From Haplodiscus bocki (lineage: Eukaryota): a stretch of DNA of 64,000 bases. The translations under genes were made by a program, and so were the position numbers. The notes beneath the pieces were generated by a model. It ran no database searches, was not told the DNA's origin, and was given only the letters and a program-made list of their open reading frames with translations. Position 1 is the first letter of the stretch. Each line of letters begins with the position of its first letter. The stretch is taken from positions 146,878,001 to 146,942,000 of the forward strand of contig OZ296648.1 of the NCBI GenBank assembly GCA_965655095.1, in the 5' to 3' direction. Positions 51,506 to 63,590 of the stretch are shown piece by piece.

Positions 51506-52573
51506 ATGATTATGAACTGTTACTTTTAAAAAAAACATACAGATACGTTCATTGAACAGACAAAAACAAAACCACAAGAAACACTCGAATTTAACATGAA
51601 AAGACAAATGGAAACTTTTTCGTTTAATCCACCAATAAAATTAGTTGAAGAAGGAAAATGGTTATTAGCAGTAACAAGTTTATCAACAACCAATTCTGTT
51701 TTAAACATAACGAATGAAAACAGTAGTTTTTCAATTACTACACTAGGTCATTGGAACTCTAAATCTGCCAAAAAACTATTGACGAACTAAATAAATTATT
51801 AGAGACTAGATCTTAAAACGATATTGAACTACAAAATGAACAAGTTAGAAAAAAGGGATGTTATTAATAAAGGACTACTCTTTATCCAGTCTTGGTTCTT
51901 TCGAAAATGAAATACTTGAAGAATTAAAAAATTCAAAATACAATGATCTTGAAGATATGGTATATAGATACCAACTAACATAAGATGAAATTATAGATAT
52001 ATTAGACCTAAAATATATTCCAACAACAAATATAGGATATACAGTACCACCTGGTATATATGAATATATTGATATTAATTTTGATGTCAAAGTTTTTACT
52101 TCCCAATGAGGTAAAAGTAAGAATTACAATTGATGATATTAGACTAAAATCAAATTTAACCACTAATAAAACAATTAGGTTGAGTAAAAAATCATTTTTT
52201 TGTATATAATTCTAGGTTTTACTCAACCCTATTCAGGTGAATTAGGTGATATTGAAGGATTTGTTCAATTGATTCCATACTTATAGAAGCAATAGGCCTA
52301 TTAATATTACAGGTATTGATAAAGTTCATTTAAAATGTCATTGCATCAACGGCGCTATTTTAAACGGAGTACGACAGCCTATTTTGTATAGTTTTGCTCT
52401 TGATCAACCACCTGGACATAAAAAAAACGAAGAACCTAGAATCAAACTTTTTAAAAAGATAAATAAACCTGTTCTATCTCATAACAATTTAATTAGAAGA
52501 CGACGATCACAAACCAGTTACTTTTAATAACGAAACGATAAGTTTTACATGTCAACTAATTAAAATATATTAA
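51506..52573 (+). pseudogene. Minor capsid (penton-like) protein, paralogue 1
   Basis: ETLEFNMKRQMETFSFNPPI..GKWLLAV; C-terminus GIDKVHLKCHCINGAILNGVRQPILYSFALDQPPG...LEDDDHKPVTFNNETISFTCQL. Confidence 0.72.
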
Positions 52574-52577
52574 ATAA

Positions 52578-53664
52578 ATGAACTTAAATATGATACGACC
52601 TAAAAAATAAAACAGAAGATTTATTACTTTCAATAAATAAAAACTGTGAAACGCTTATTGAACAAACTCATGAAGAAGCAGAAGAAACATTGGAATTTAA
52701 ACTCAACAAATCAAGAGAAACATTTCATTTTAATCCACCAAATCAAATTAAAGGAGATTGGATGATTGGATTAACAATTTTGGAAGTATACAATTCTATT
52801 TTTAATACAACAGAAGAAAATAGCAAATTCGAACTTTATAAATTTCCTGATTCAAAGAGTGCTGGTGTTTCATATGAAAAAGTCAGAGATGAGATTGAAA
52901 GAGACTTGGATATTTCGGATATTACACCTAGCGAATTACAGATGAAATAATAGCTCCATTTATTTTTGAAGAATATAGAGAACAAGTGACAAAAAGAATG
53001 AAAGATGATGGATATTTGCGTATTTTAGCCACTTATGTCAGTTCTGTGTTTCAAGATTTTGAAAGTTTTCTGAGAACAGAAATTGATTTGGTTGAAGATG
53101 ATATAAGATTGGTTGTAGATGAATATAAGTCAAGTTTTATCACTTATGAATTAAAGACAGGTATATACACTTCCAAAGATCTGTCTTTTAAACATTCTTC
53201 AACCTGAATATGAACTATTTAACAACTCAATTGATATTGAATTTGATGGTAATGTCATGAAAACTAAATTAGTTGTGAGACCAAGCATTATAGCCAGAAG
53301 GTTTGATTAAAAATCGTTTTTTAGTACTATCTTGGTTTTCAACCAACATTGGGATTATAAACACTATAATGAATACATTAGCCAGAAAATTGTGAGCTTA
53401 AGTACCACCAATAAAGTACAATTTAATTGTGATGTTATTGATGGATCCCTTTTGGACGGTGTAAGACAGCCCATTTTCTATAGTTTTATCTTAGATAGAG
53501 CAAGCGGATAGATATTATTTTCCGAACCTGAGATAATACACTACAAAAAAATAAATAAATCTGTAATGAATACTATAATATTATATTTAGGAGATGATGA
53601 TCACAAAGAAGTCAATTTCACTGGAGAAACGTTGACTTTTACTCTACAATTAGACAAAATCTAA
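52578..53664 (+). pseudogene. Minor capsid (penton-like) protein, paralogue 2
   Basis: ETLEFKLNKSRETFHFNPP..GDWMIGL; C-terminus NKVQFNCDVIDGSLLDGVRQPIFYSFILD...LGDDDHKEVNFTGETLTFTLQL. Confidence 0.72.
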
Positions 53665-53672
53665 ACTATTAA

Positions 53673-54071
53673 AAGAGCTTTCAAAAATTCAAAAGCGATA
53701 GTTATTGCGTTTGTGGTACACATAGATCTGCTACAACGAAAACTTATGGTGATATAAGAAGTAAAGGAAGTAAAGTACTAATTGGTTATTCTTCGATTTG
53801 TAAAACAAAAAACTAATGACTGTTAGTGATAATACCATACAAGCAGAAGGTCTCAATGACTTCTTCGAAAATCTGGGTAAAAAAGGACTTAATGTAATAA
53901 AAAAGATGGCAAAAAAACGTATTAAAGAACCCACGACGAGCCTTGGACATCATAGTAAAGATTGCTACAGCAGCAGCTTCTAGAAATCCTAAAAATGTAA
54001 TGTCAACACCACCTGAACTAAAAACTTTTTATAACACTGGTAAAGGATTGTACTTGGGCAAATTTGTATGA
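53673..54071 (+). pseudogene. Small Polinton protein with Cys-containing N-terminus and amphipathic basic helix
   Basis: SFQKFKSDSYCVCGTHRS...SICK(fs)MTVSDNTIQAEGLNDFFENLGKKGLNVIKKMAKK(fs)VLKNPRRALD...GKGLYLGKFV*. Confidence 0.55.
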
Positions 54072-54085
54072 ATTATACTATATAA

Positions 54086-54642
54086 ATGGAGCAAAACACA
54101 AAAAGGCTATACCCCCAGCAGCACCATTAGAAAATATTGATTTGGAACAAAAATTAGAAAGGAAAATGAAAGATGTTAACAGTATTGATAACCATAATAA
54201 CATCCAAGAAATGATTACATACTTCAAAGATAAAAATCACAAATCAAAAAAGAAAAATAAAAAATATAAAATTTTAACTACAATATTAAAATCATTTGAT
54301 ACATTTGTCATTATTGCCACAACATCAAATTCTATTACTTTGAGTCTTACAAGAATCGGTTTGATAGCTATACCAATATCAATTGTAACAGCATGCCGAT
54401 TATCAATTGGTAATAAAGTCATTTATGAGGTAATTATTAACAAATACAATAACTACAAAAAACAATTTAACAAAGATCAACAAACAATTGAATCTTTTGA
54501 TAAAATATACAGAAAAGGTTTACAAGATAATTTAATCGATAAAAAGGAATATGAAAGTCTATGTATTATTTTTACTGATAATTTGGAAGTAAAATTAATT
54601 TTTTTTAGTCGAAAAAAAATCAAAATTCAATCTAGAACCTAG
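54086..54642 (+). pseudogene. Polinton coiled-coil protein with central hydrophobic hairpin
   Basis: MEQNTKRLYP(fs)PAAPLEN..; hydrophobic FVIIATTSNSITLSLTRIGLIAIPISIVTAC between coiled coils. Confidence 0.6.
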
Positions 54643-54678
54643 AAGTTAAAAACTCGTTTATGAGAAATGTTCTATATT

Positions 54679-55400
54679 TTAAAAAGCAGTTGTCTCTGGA
54701 AAAGCTGTAATCTCTAAACCTGATACGTCTTTAATGCTATACATACCATCTAGATCTTTATCGATTTGAATATAATTATATCTTTCCAGCCATGCCTCTC
54801 GAAAAAAAATTCGGCATTCTGAAAAACACATGTGTACACCTGAGATATCGCTCTGAATCATAGTGATGTCCTTTAATGTTAGTGGAAACAACATAATCCT
54901 ACTACAATTATTTCGAATAGTGTTTTTAGGTAATTCATACCATAATTCAGAGATGTAATATATATCAAGATTTTGGTGACGACCACGAGTAAAAAAAGCA
55001 TCAATATCTTTTGCTTCCTTTGATCCTAACAAATCATCACAGACAACAGTTTTATCGCCATAATCTTCTACGGGTAAAAAATCACTAGATTGGTTATGAT
55101 ACTTTGAAGGATATTGATTTCTGTTTTACAGATTATATAAACATCGTCTAGATTCTTATCTTTCAAAAGCAATAACAACAGGAAAGTTTTTCCACACCCT
55201 GATCTACCATTTATAAGCGTTCTTTCGGTTTTTATAATATCGTCTTCATATACATGTTTAGTTAATTTTTTTTTATTTTTGTTCCTAATATTACTAAGGC
55301 ATTACTTACAATTTTTTTCTATTTTTAACCATTTTTTCATCGTTTAACAGAACATTGCACGATACACAATTTGTATTAGGTTTTTAATACTAGAACTCAT
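54679..55400 (-). pseudogene. A32/FtsK-like genome-packaging ATPase with N-terminal CxxC pair
   Basis: Walker A GRSGCGKT (about 55185-55208), Walker B VVCDDLL, RGRH motif, LPKNTIRNN. Confidence 0.9.
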
Positions 55401-55415
55401 TTATAGTATATGTCA

Positions 55416-55567
55416 TTGTATCACCTTTTAAGAATGGGTGTATGTATTGTAATTGTATCACTTTTTAAGAATGGGTATATGTAATTGAATCTAGAAACAG
55501 ATGCTCTTATATGTGTTTTCAAAAACTGATACAATTATCATATACCCATTCTTAAAAAGTGATACAA
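55416..55567. promoter_or_regulatory. Three 29-bp motifs (two direct, one inverted) between divergent genes
   Basis: TTGTATCACTTTTTAAGAATGGGTATATG at 55453-81; perfect reverse complement at 55539-67; 2-mismatch copy at 55416-44. Confidence 0.75.
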
Positions 55568-55631
55568 ATACAAAAAAAGGATATAAAGAAAGCTTGGGAA
55601 GATGATACAATACCTTTTTTAAATAAAATAA

Positions 55632-56481
55632 ATGTTGTATTCGATTAAAAACATAGAAGAGTTAGAAAATTTAAAAGATTTATTCTCGTTACAAAATCAA
55701 GTAAATGAAGTACGATTACAAGACAAGCTTGGTGAACAGAATTATCATCAGAATACAAAAAAAATTATTTGAACCAATGACTGATGCAATTAAAAATACC
55801 TCTAAAAACTCAACAAAAACTATTACGGAAACCTCTATTAATAACAACAAAGCAATCGAGAATTTAAACGAAAATGTTTCAGAATTGATAAATGATAAGG
55901 GTATGATAGCACCATATTTAGCTTCCTCCTTAGTTAAACTTTTCAAACCTGAAAAAACTGCTGAAAATAAAGAAAGATCAAAATTCGATTAGGATGAATA
56001 ATTTTTCGATAAAGGGAGGTATACCAATTACTCTATATAGCAATATGGTAACTTTTAGAGATAGTAATAAATCTTCTAAATTAGAGGGAGATCTTTTAGA
56101 AACTATGACTAATTATCATTTCAATGTTAGGCATTCTAATCCAAAAGATCAAAAACTAATTTATGCGTTTGGAAAAGAAATGAATTTTAATATTAAGCAG
56201 AAGGGACAAAAAAGTGAGATCGATCACTTATAAAATTACTTAAATCACCAGCTATCGTGGCTTCGGGGATTTCAACAAAAGTTTTACCATCTGATCCTAA
56301 CGAACTGTGTGAAACATCAAAATTATTGCTACAAGAAAAACAAGCTGGAAATAATTCTAACATAATTAACGATGATATCGTTGCTATAGTTGATAAATTA
56401 TTAGAAAACAAATGCATATCTAAGAAACAACATAAGCAAATTTTATTTAAATGTAATTTATTACACACAAAGAAAAAGTGA
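55632..56481 (+). pseudogene. Polinton uncharacterised protein with C-terminal DPNEL..LL..AGN motif
   Basis: MLYSIKNIEELENL...FEPMTDAIKN...LPSDPNELCETSKLLLQEKQAGNNSNIINDDIVAIVDKLL reconstructed across frameshifts. Confidence 0.65.
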
Positions 56482-56845
56482 GTATGAATAAGTATAATTA
56501 CTCATAAAGTTGAAATACACTAATGAGTATAATAACTCGTATAAATGTACGTATACACAAATATAAATACTCTTATAAATGTACGTAAATATACTCATAT
56601 AGTTGATAAACACGAAAGAGTATAATTACTCATATAAATGTGAGTATACACAAATATAAATACTCGTATAATTGTATGTAAACAAAAATATAATTATATG
56701 TATACCCAAATACAAATATTCATATAATTGAACGTATAATCACTCATATAGTTGATATACACGCAATAGTATAATTACTGATATAAATGTATGTATACAC
56801 AAATATAAATACTGATATAATTGTATGTATACACAAATACAGTTG
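56482..56845. repeat. AT-rich degenerate tandem repeat upstream of MCP
   Basis: Recurrent tataattactc / tataaatgta / tacacaaatataaatac units of roughly 32-35 bp. Confidence 0.75.
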
Positions 56846-56875
56846 TTTGTATACTTGTTTATTTTTACTTCAGAA

Positions 56876-58269
56876 ATGTTTAAACTAAATGAAAACTATG
56901 AAATTATTGGAAATATTTTGAAATGTGATTATACACGTTATTCACCGTCAGAAATTAGTACAATAAACACTGCTTATTTTAAATATATATTAATAAACCT
57001 AGAGAGGATTCTGTTATTTCTTTGTTAAATAGTCATCTTGATTGAAATTTTGATGAATTACATGCTGCTAGTAATGATAGATATGTAGATGGTAATGATA
57101 AAAGGTTAGTTAATTTAGGTCCAATTGCTTTATTTAGTAATTATATGTTAACAACTAGTTCCGGAAGACACTTAGAAGATATTAGCAATGCACATATTGT
57201 TTCTTTAATGTATAAACTGATAACAAGCGCTAGAGGATCTGATGATTTGTCTATTGGTTTTGATCGTGATCGTGGTAGAAGACAATGAGAGTTAACTAAT
57301 AACAAAAATATAAAGGGAAAATACCACTTCAGAATTTTATTTAAGAGATATATTTGGTTCTGCACAACATCAAGAAAAAGCTACTTATGGATTAGGATAT
57401 AAACTAACATTAACAAGAAATACTGATAGCTCTGTTTTGAAAAAAGGTAACGCAATCAACGTCGGTAAAATTGAAATTAATAGTACTGAATGGTGTGTAC
57501 CACATTTTAAAGGTTGTATTTCACAACAAGCTACAAAAAGCTACTTATGGATTAGGATATAAACTAACATTAACAAGAAATACTGATAGCTCTGTTTTGA
57601 ATAAAGGTAACGCAATCAACAACGGTAAAATTAAAATTAATAGTATTGAATGGTATGTACCACATTTTATAGGTAGTATTTCACAACAAGCTACATTATC
57701 TAAGCAAATTCTTAGTAAAACACATACAGAGCTTCAATATCTGTTTTTATGGAAGAAGAATTTTTGGACCTTTGAATTTTGAACTCAAGAAGGAATGAAT
57801 ATTCCTATATGGATTATTGTTAGTTTTCAGCAGCGAGTTAGACAAGATTCACAGAATTTTAACAATGACACTTCTTATAAACCTCCAGTAACATCTGCTC
57901 AATGCATTATTGGAACTGAAAAATATCCTGATAATAGTATAATATTGAATTATGACGACGATGATTATATTCAAGGATATGGTCAAATTAAAGAAGCTTT
58001 CAGAGTTCTAACAAAAAACCATATCCTTAAACCATAAATATCTGATAATGATTTTAGATCCTCTAACGATGATAATGAGATTGGTTATAATTTATAAGTT
58101 TTCGATAAGATATCAGAAAAATTGAGAAAGCGCTCTACCAATTAAAGTGGAATTCAAATTTTCAGAAGACATTCCTCCTGGAATATATGGTTATGCTTTA
58201 GTTTTAACGAATAAATTGGTTAGTATATCAAGTGATGGTCAACGCCATTTTGATTTAATTTGGGTTTAA
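56876..58269 (+). pseudogene. Major capsid protein (double jelly-roll, Polinton PY)
   Basis: ILKCDYTRYSPSE, LVNLGPIALFSNY, YGLGYKLTLTRN, IPIWIIVSFQQ, SAQCIIGTEKYP, GIYGYALVL; size (about 410 aa) and position fit MCP. Confidence 0.8.
57375..57694 (+). repeat. 160-bp tandem duplication inside MCP
   Basis: ctacttatgg at 57381 and 57541; 8 mismatches counted in 160 bp. Confidence 0.95.
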
Positions 58270-59100
58270 GGCTTTCATAACTGCTGTATTTTCTTTCAAG
58301 GTTAACTCTGTTTTTTTCAGTAAGGCTTCATTATAACGCTCTGGTAAAATGTCAATGCGATAACTTGATATTGTATCATTGATAACTTCTGTTACTTTAT
58401 ATAATCTATAAGACCAATTAGTCGTATCTCCTTTCGAAAAGGTTTTCTTCAAGTCTGCTGTTCTAACGAGATCGTTTACTTGATATTTTGGTTGTATTAT
58501 TTTTCTTTTATCCAATAAATTATGGTAAACATACCTTTCATTCTTTTTCAAACTACCTTCGACTGGAGTTAACTTAGTCAAAGTATGTACTCGATTATTA
58601 TAATGTTTTGTTATTGTAGGTAATACAATCCAATTGATTTCACCTCTTTCGAAAACTGGTCCTTTAAGAAGATCTCAAATAGTACGATTAAATCGTTCTG
58701 CATAAACAGCACCAAATGAACTAATTCTAGAATAAATTTTAATGTTATTGTTACTTTTGAAAATTTTGAACACTGTTCTAAATTCCTTACCTCTATCGTT
58801 TTCGATTAAATTTGGTTTTCTTTTGGAACTTATAAAAATATTTTCAAAAGGTTCTTTGATTGTTTGAGCATTTTTGTTTTTAAGTGGAACTGTGCAACCA
58901 AATTTGCTGCAATTGTCTTTGATAACTAAAACATATCTATAAAGTTTTTTGTTTTCACGACCGTAATCTTTCAAATCTAATATATCTAAACTTCAAACGT
59001 CATCAATATGATAAACATCAGTTTTGTTCGTGCTATATTTCTTTTTAGGTGGTTTTGAAAAAATTTGGTTCAAAAAAAGTTTAATTGATTTCTGAGTCTT
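58255..59100 (-). pseudogene. Retroviral-like (rve) DDE integrase
   Basis: SLDILDLKDY, YVLVIKDNCSKF, ENDRGKEF, AERFNRTI, YNNRVH, FSKGDTTNWS. Confidence 0.93.
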
Positions 59101-59376
59101 TCATTTTGAAATTTTCTTCCATCATTTTCAACTTGTTTTCGAATTCAACATAAGATCTAAATAATTCCTTATAATTTATATATCTATTGTTTTATTTTTG
59201 TAATAATTTTTCTTTTCGTTCTTCATAATATATTTTTTATTTGAGATTTTATTTTTATTCTCATAGTAACGTTTTGAAATTCTAATACTACCACAAATTT
59301 TACATTCGGTACATTTGTTGTAAAAATCTTCATTACTTTTTTCTATATTACAACGAGTACAAATTTTACTATCCCC
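59081..59376 (-). pseudogene. Small C4 zinc-finger protein
   Basis: DSKICTRCNIEKSNEDFYNKCTECKICGS followed by a basic coiled coil. Confidence 0.55.
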
Positions 59377-59447
59377 TTATTTATTATATTTTTAATTGAA
59401 GTGTTTTTATTTCAAATAAATTATTACTATATAAATAAAGACGCAAA

Positions 59448-62400
59448 ATGGAAAACAGCCGTAGATGTGAAACTTGTAATACTGATGTTCATAGAGCAAC
59501 TCATGCAAAACATTCGAGAAGTAAAAAACATTTAGAAAATGAAAAACAAAATGAAATGATTATACCTGAAGAGCAAGCACCTATTAAAAGAAAATCAAAA
59601 AAGTATATAACCCTAAAACATTAAAAGAGATAGCTACAGAAAATATTAAAATAAATAAAAAAGAATTGGCTAAAAAAGGATTAATCCATACTATTTTACT
59701 GATAGAAAATTAAAAATAGGTTTCAAAATTAATTTAGAAAGTCATAATATTAATCATGCTAATTCTATCCTATCCATTATAGCAACTCATCCAGATTCTG
59801 GAATTGAAACAAGATATATTAATAAAATCTTAAAAGAAATGGCTACCACTTACGCTAGATTAATAAATCAATATAATTTTAAATGTCATATACTATTTTC
59901 AGGTAGCTTTTAAAAGATTAATGAAGAAGATCAAAGAAGTGATGAAACTGAATTATTTATTAATTTGAATAATAATCATAATGTAACAGAATCTGACATT
60001 AATAACATTGATGTTAAATCTCAATTAGAACATCAAAATCAAATTCAAGAAACAAAGGAAACAGGTTGGATATTTGATAAAATTAATTCAATGAAAAAAA
60101 GATTTTATAAAACAGGAGAATTAAAAGGTTCGAATTATGTTAAAATTCCTTTGAGATCAAACGCTATCTTAAACATTGAACATGATGATAAATATTGTTT
60201 AATTTGGTCAATATTAGCTAGTCTTCATCTTTGTGATATTGATAACCCTAATAGAGTATCAAACTATAGACAATAGTTCGATGAATTAAACATTGAAGGT
60301 TTTGAATTTAGTAATGGATTCAAGTGTAGTGATGTTCATAAATTTGAAAAATTGAATAATTTATCTATTAACATATTTGAATAAAACTTTTATCAAGATC
60401 AAAACAAATGGAAACATAAATTGATTCCTATTGAGATTAGTAAAAAATGATGAATCAAATAGAGTTGTTGACTTATTAATATACAAAAATCATCATGCTC
60501 TCATTAAGAAATTAAATGTATTTTTAGATCATCATAAAAATTTGACCTGTAGACGATGTTTGAATTTATATACAAGAGAGAATGTTAATGATACATAAAC
60601 CAAAATGTGAAAATCATGATATAACTACTATCAGAACTTCAAGTGAATCACATATTCAAGGGAAAAAAACATTTTCATGAAAACTATTATATTTTAGGGT
60701 ATATGCGGATTTCGAAGCTGATAATGAAATTGATAATTCTAGTATAGGTAATAAAACAACTAATATATATAAGCAAAATCCGGTACTTAATGGTTATCAT
60801 ATTGAATCTGAAATGAATGATGTTTTAAAAAGTGGTTATTACGAATCTCCTCTAGGATATGATAATGTAGATTGGTTTGATAATGAGGTTATAAAATTAG
60901 AAAATAAAATGGCCTTCTAATTCAAAAACACCAAGAAAGATATCATTATGAAGGATGAAGATGAAGAGCATTAGAGTAATACTAATATTTATGGATTTTG
61001 TGAGAAAAAACTAAATCTGATAAAGATGGAGATCATTGTCACTGAACAGGTAAATATAGAGGTCCAGCGCATAGCAAATGTAATATAAACGTTATACAGA
61101 CACAAATTAACTTCATACCATTTATATTTCACGATTTTAGTAACGATGATTGCCATCTATTTTTTAAAAAGTTAGTTGATAAAAAGAATGATAAAGTGAA
61201 ATTTGATATTATACCCAAAACAAACGAAGATTACATATCTGTGACATGTGGATTTATAAGATTTTTAGATAGCTATCAATTTCTATCAAGTAGCTTAAAT
61301 TCATTAGTTAAAACACTAGTTGATAATAGTCATAAAACACTGAAAAATTGAAAGAAGAAATTGTTGATAATGATGAAATAATAAATATTGTTAATGAAAC
61401 AAAAATAACAATTAAAGAAGATAGGTATAATAATGATTCTATCAAAAATCTAAAAATAGATAATCCAGATAAAATTATAAAATTAGAAGAAGATTTACTT
61501 AATTATATGGGAGAAAGTGATCTTCAATTTTTAAAAACCGAAATTCCTGATAACAAGTGGAAATCTTTAATTAAAAAACTAGCATATCCTTATGAATATT
61601 TCAATAGTCTTGATGATTATCAAAAACCTGTTGACAATTTAAAGAAAGAAGACTTCTTCAGTGAATCAAAAAATAAATGTCCTGATGATACAAAAATAGA
61701 ACGAGCAAAGGGAATTATTAAAGCATTTAATATCAAAAATGGAGAAGAATTAACAAGATTATACTTAAAAAGTGATGTTTTATTACTTGCATGTGTGTTT
61801 GAGAAATTTTTTAAAAATATCAATTAACGAATTTGGAAACAATCCACTATATTGTGTTATTTTACCTGGTCATTCGTGGCGATGTGGTTTAAAATATACA
61901 GGAATAAACTCACAAATCCTTCAAGATAAAGATTTAATTTTAACCGTAGAGAATAATATACGTGGTGGTATAAGCTCAGTTATTGGTGATAGGTGTGTTA
62001 AATCAGATGAAAATAAAAAGATAATTTATATGGATGCTACTAATTTATACGGCCATTCAATGTCTCAAGTCTTACCTTATGATGAAATTGAGATGTGGCA
62101 TGGTCATCCAGATCTTTATATGAATAAATTAGACGAAATTTTAAAAACACCTGATGATTCAGATATTGTTTATTTCCTTGAAGTTGATATACGATATACT
62201 TATAATATTAAAAAAAGCAAAGAATTTTCCTTTTTGTCCTGAAAATAAAGTTATTCAAAAAGATAAAAATATTGATTATATGAACAAGATAAAACCTAAA
62301 AATTATACAGAAGCTGAACAATTCATATGTGATTGGACTGATAAAAAGAATTATTTAATTCTTTATAGGATGTTAAAATTTTATGTTAGACATGGTATGA

Positions 62401-63278
62401 TAGTTGATAAAATTCATGAAACAATTTCATTTAAAGATTAAGTGCTTGGAGAAATAAAGAAGTTTTAATACACAAAAGAGCAATAAAGCTAAAAAAGATT
62501 TTGAAAAAGACTTCTATAAATTACTCAACAACGCCTTTTATGGAAAGACAATGGAAAATGTACGAAATCGTTCGAGATTAGAATTTATTGAAAAAGATGA
62601 TTAAAAAATAAAAAAACAACAATCTAAACTAACCTTCAGCGGAATTCATAAATCATACGAAAATTGTGATAGTTATACATTCAAATAAAAAGAAGTTCTT
62701 ATGGATAAGCCAATTTACTTAAGAATTGCTGTTTTTAGAATTATCAAAATTATTAATGTATGATACCTACTAGGATAATTGACAACCATATTTTGGAGAG
62801 AAGAATCTACACTAACGTTATATGGATACTGATAGCTTTATATTAAGTGTAAAAACAAAAAAAAATTATCGAAGAATTTCAAAAATTTAGAAGATATATT
62901 TGATTTCAGTAATCTAGATATAAATCATGAATTATTTAGTAATAAAAACGAGAAGGTTGTGGGCAAATTCAAATTAGAAACTCCTAAAAAGATCTGGATT
63001 GATGAATTTGTGTGTCTAAGCAGTAAAATGTATTCGTTTAAACGTGGAGATGATATTACAAACAAAATGAAAGGTGTTTCTGAAGCTCAGTCGAAGCATT
63101 TTATATTTGAAGAATATTAAAAACGTTTAGATGGTGAAAAAAATGAAAGAGAATGTAATAATTATTTTGAAATCAATTGATCATGAAATGTATCTTCGAA
63201 AAATAAAAAAAAACATTATTTTTATTTGATGATAACCGATGTTATATAAATGAAACCGGAAGTAAACCTTGGAATTAA
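59448..63278 (+). pseudogene. polB: Protein-primed family B DNA polymerase (pPolB)
   Basis: ExoI YADFEAD, LAYPYEY, YLKSDV, motif A YMDATNLYG, motif B KLLNNAFYGK, motif C YMDTDS; many stops and frameshifts. Confidence 0.96.
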
Positions 63279-63590
63279 AGATATTTGTTATCTTATAAAT
63301 CATTGTAAAATTCAAAGAAAAATTTGAAAAGACTAGAAATGTTAAGAATGTAAGATGTTTTCATAAAAAATAAGAGAAACACAACAAAAATATGTATAGG
63401 AAAATTTGAAATCAATTGGATAGAAAGAATAAATTAAATTTCATTCTGTTCGAGCTATTGTTGTTAGAACAAACAAGAACCAACAAACTCTCTTAATCAT
63501 TTTCTTCCGAAGGCTAGAAATTCATTTTAATCAGCTCAAGTTATTACATTTTTGAAAAGATTTTTATTTCACAGAAAACATTATTAATAA

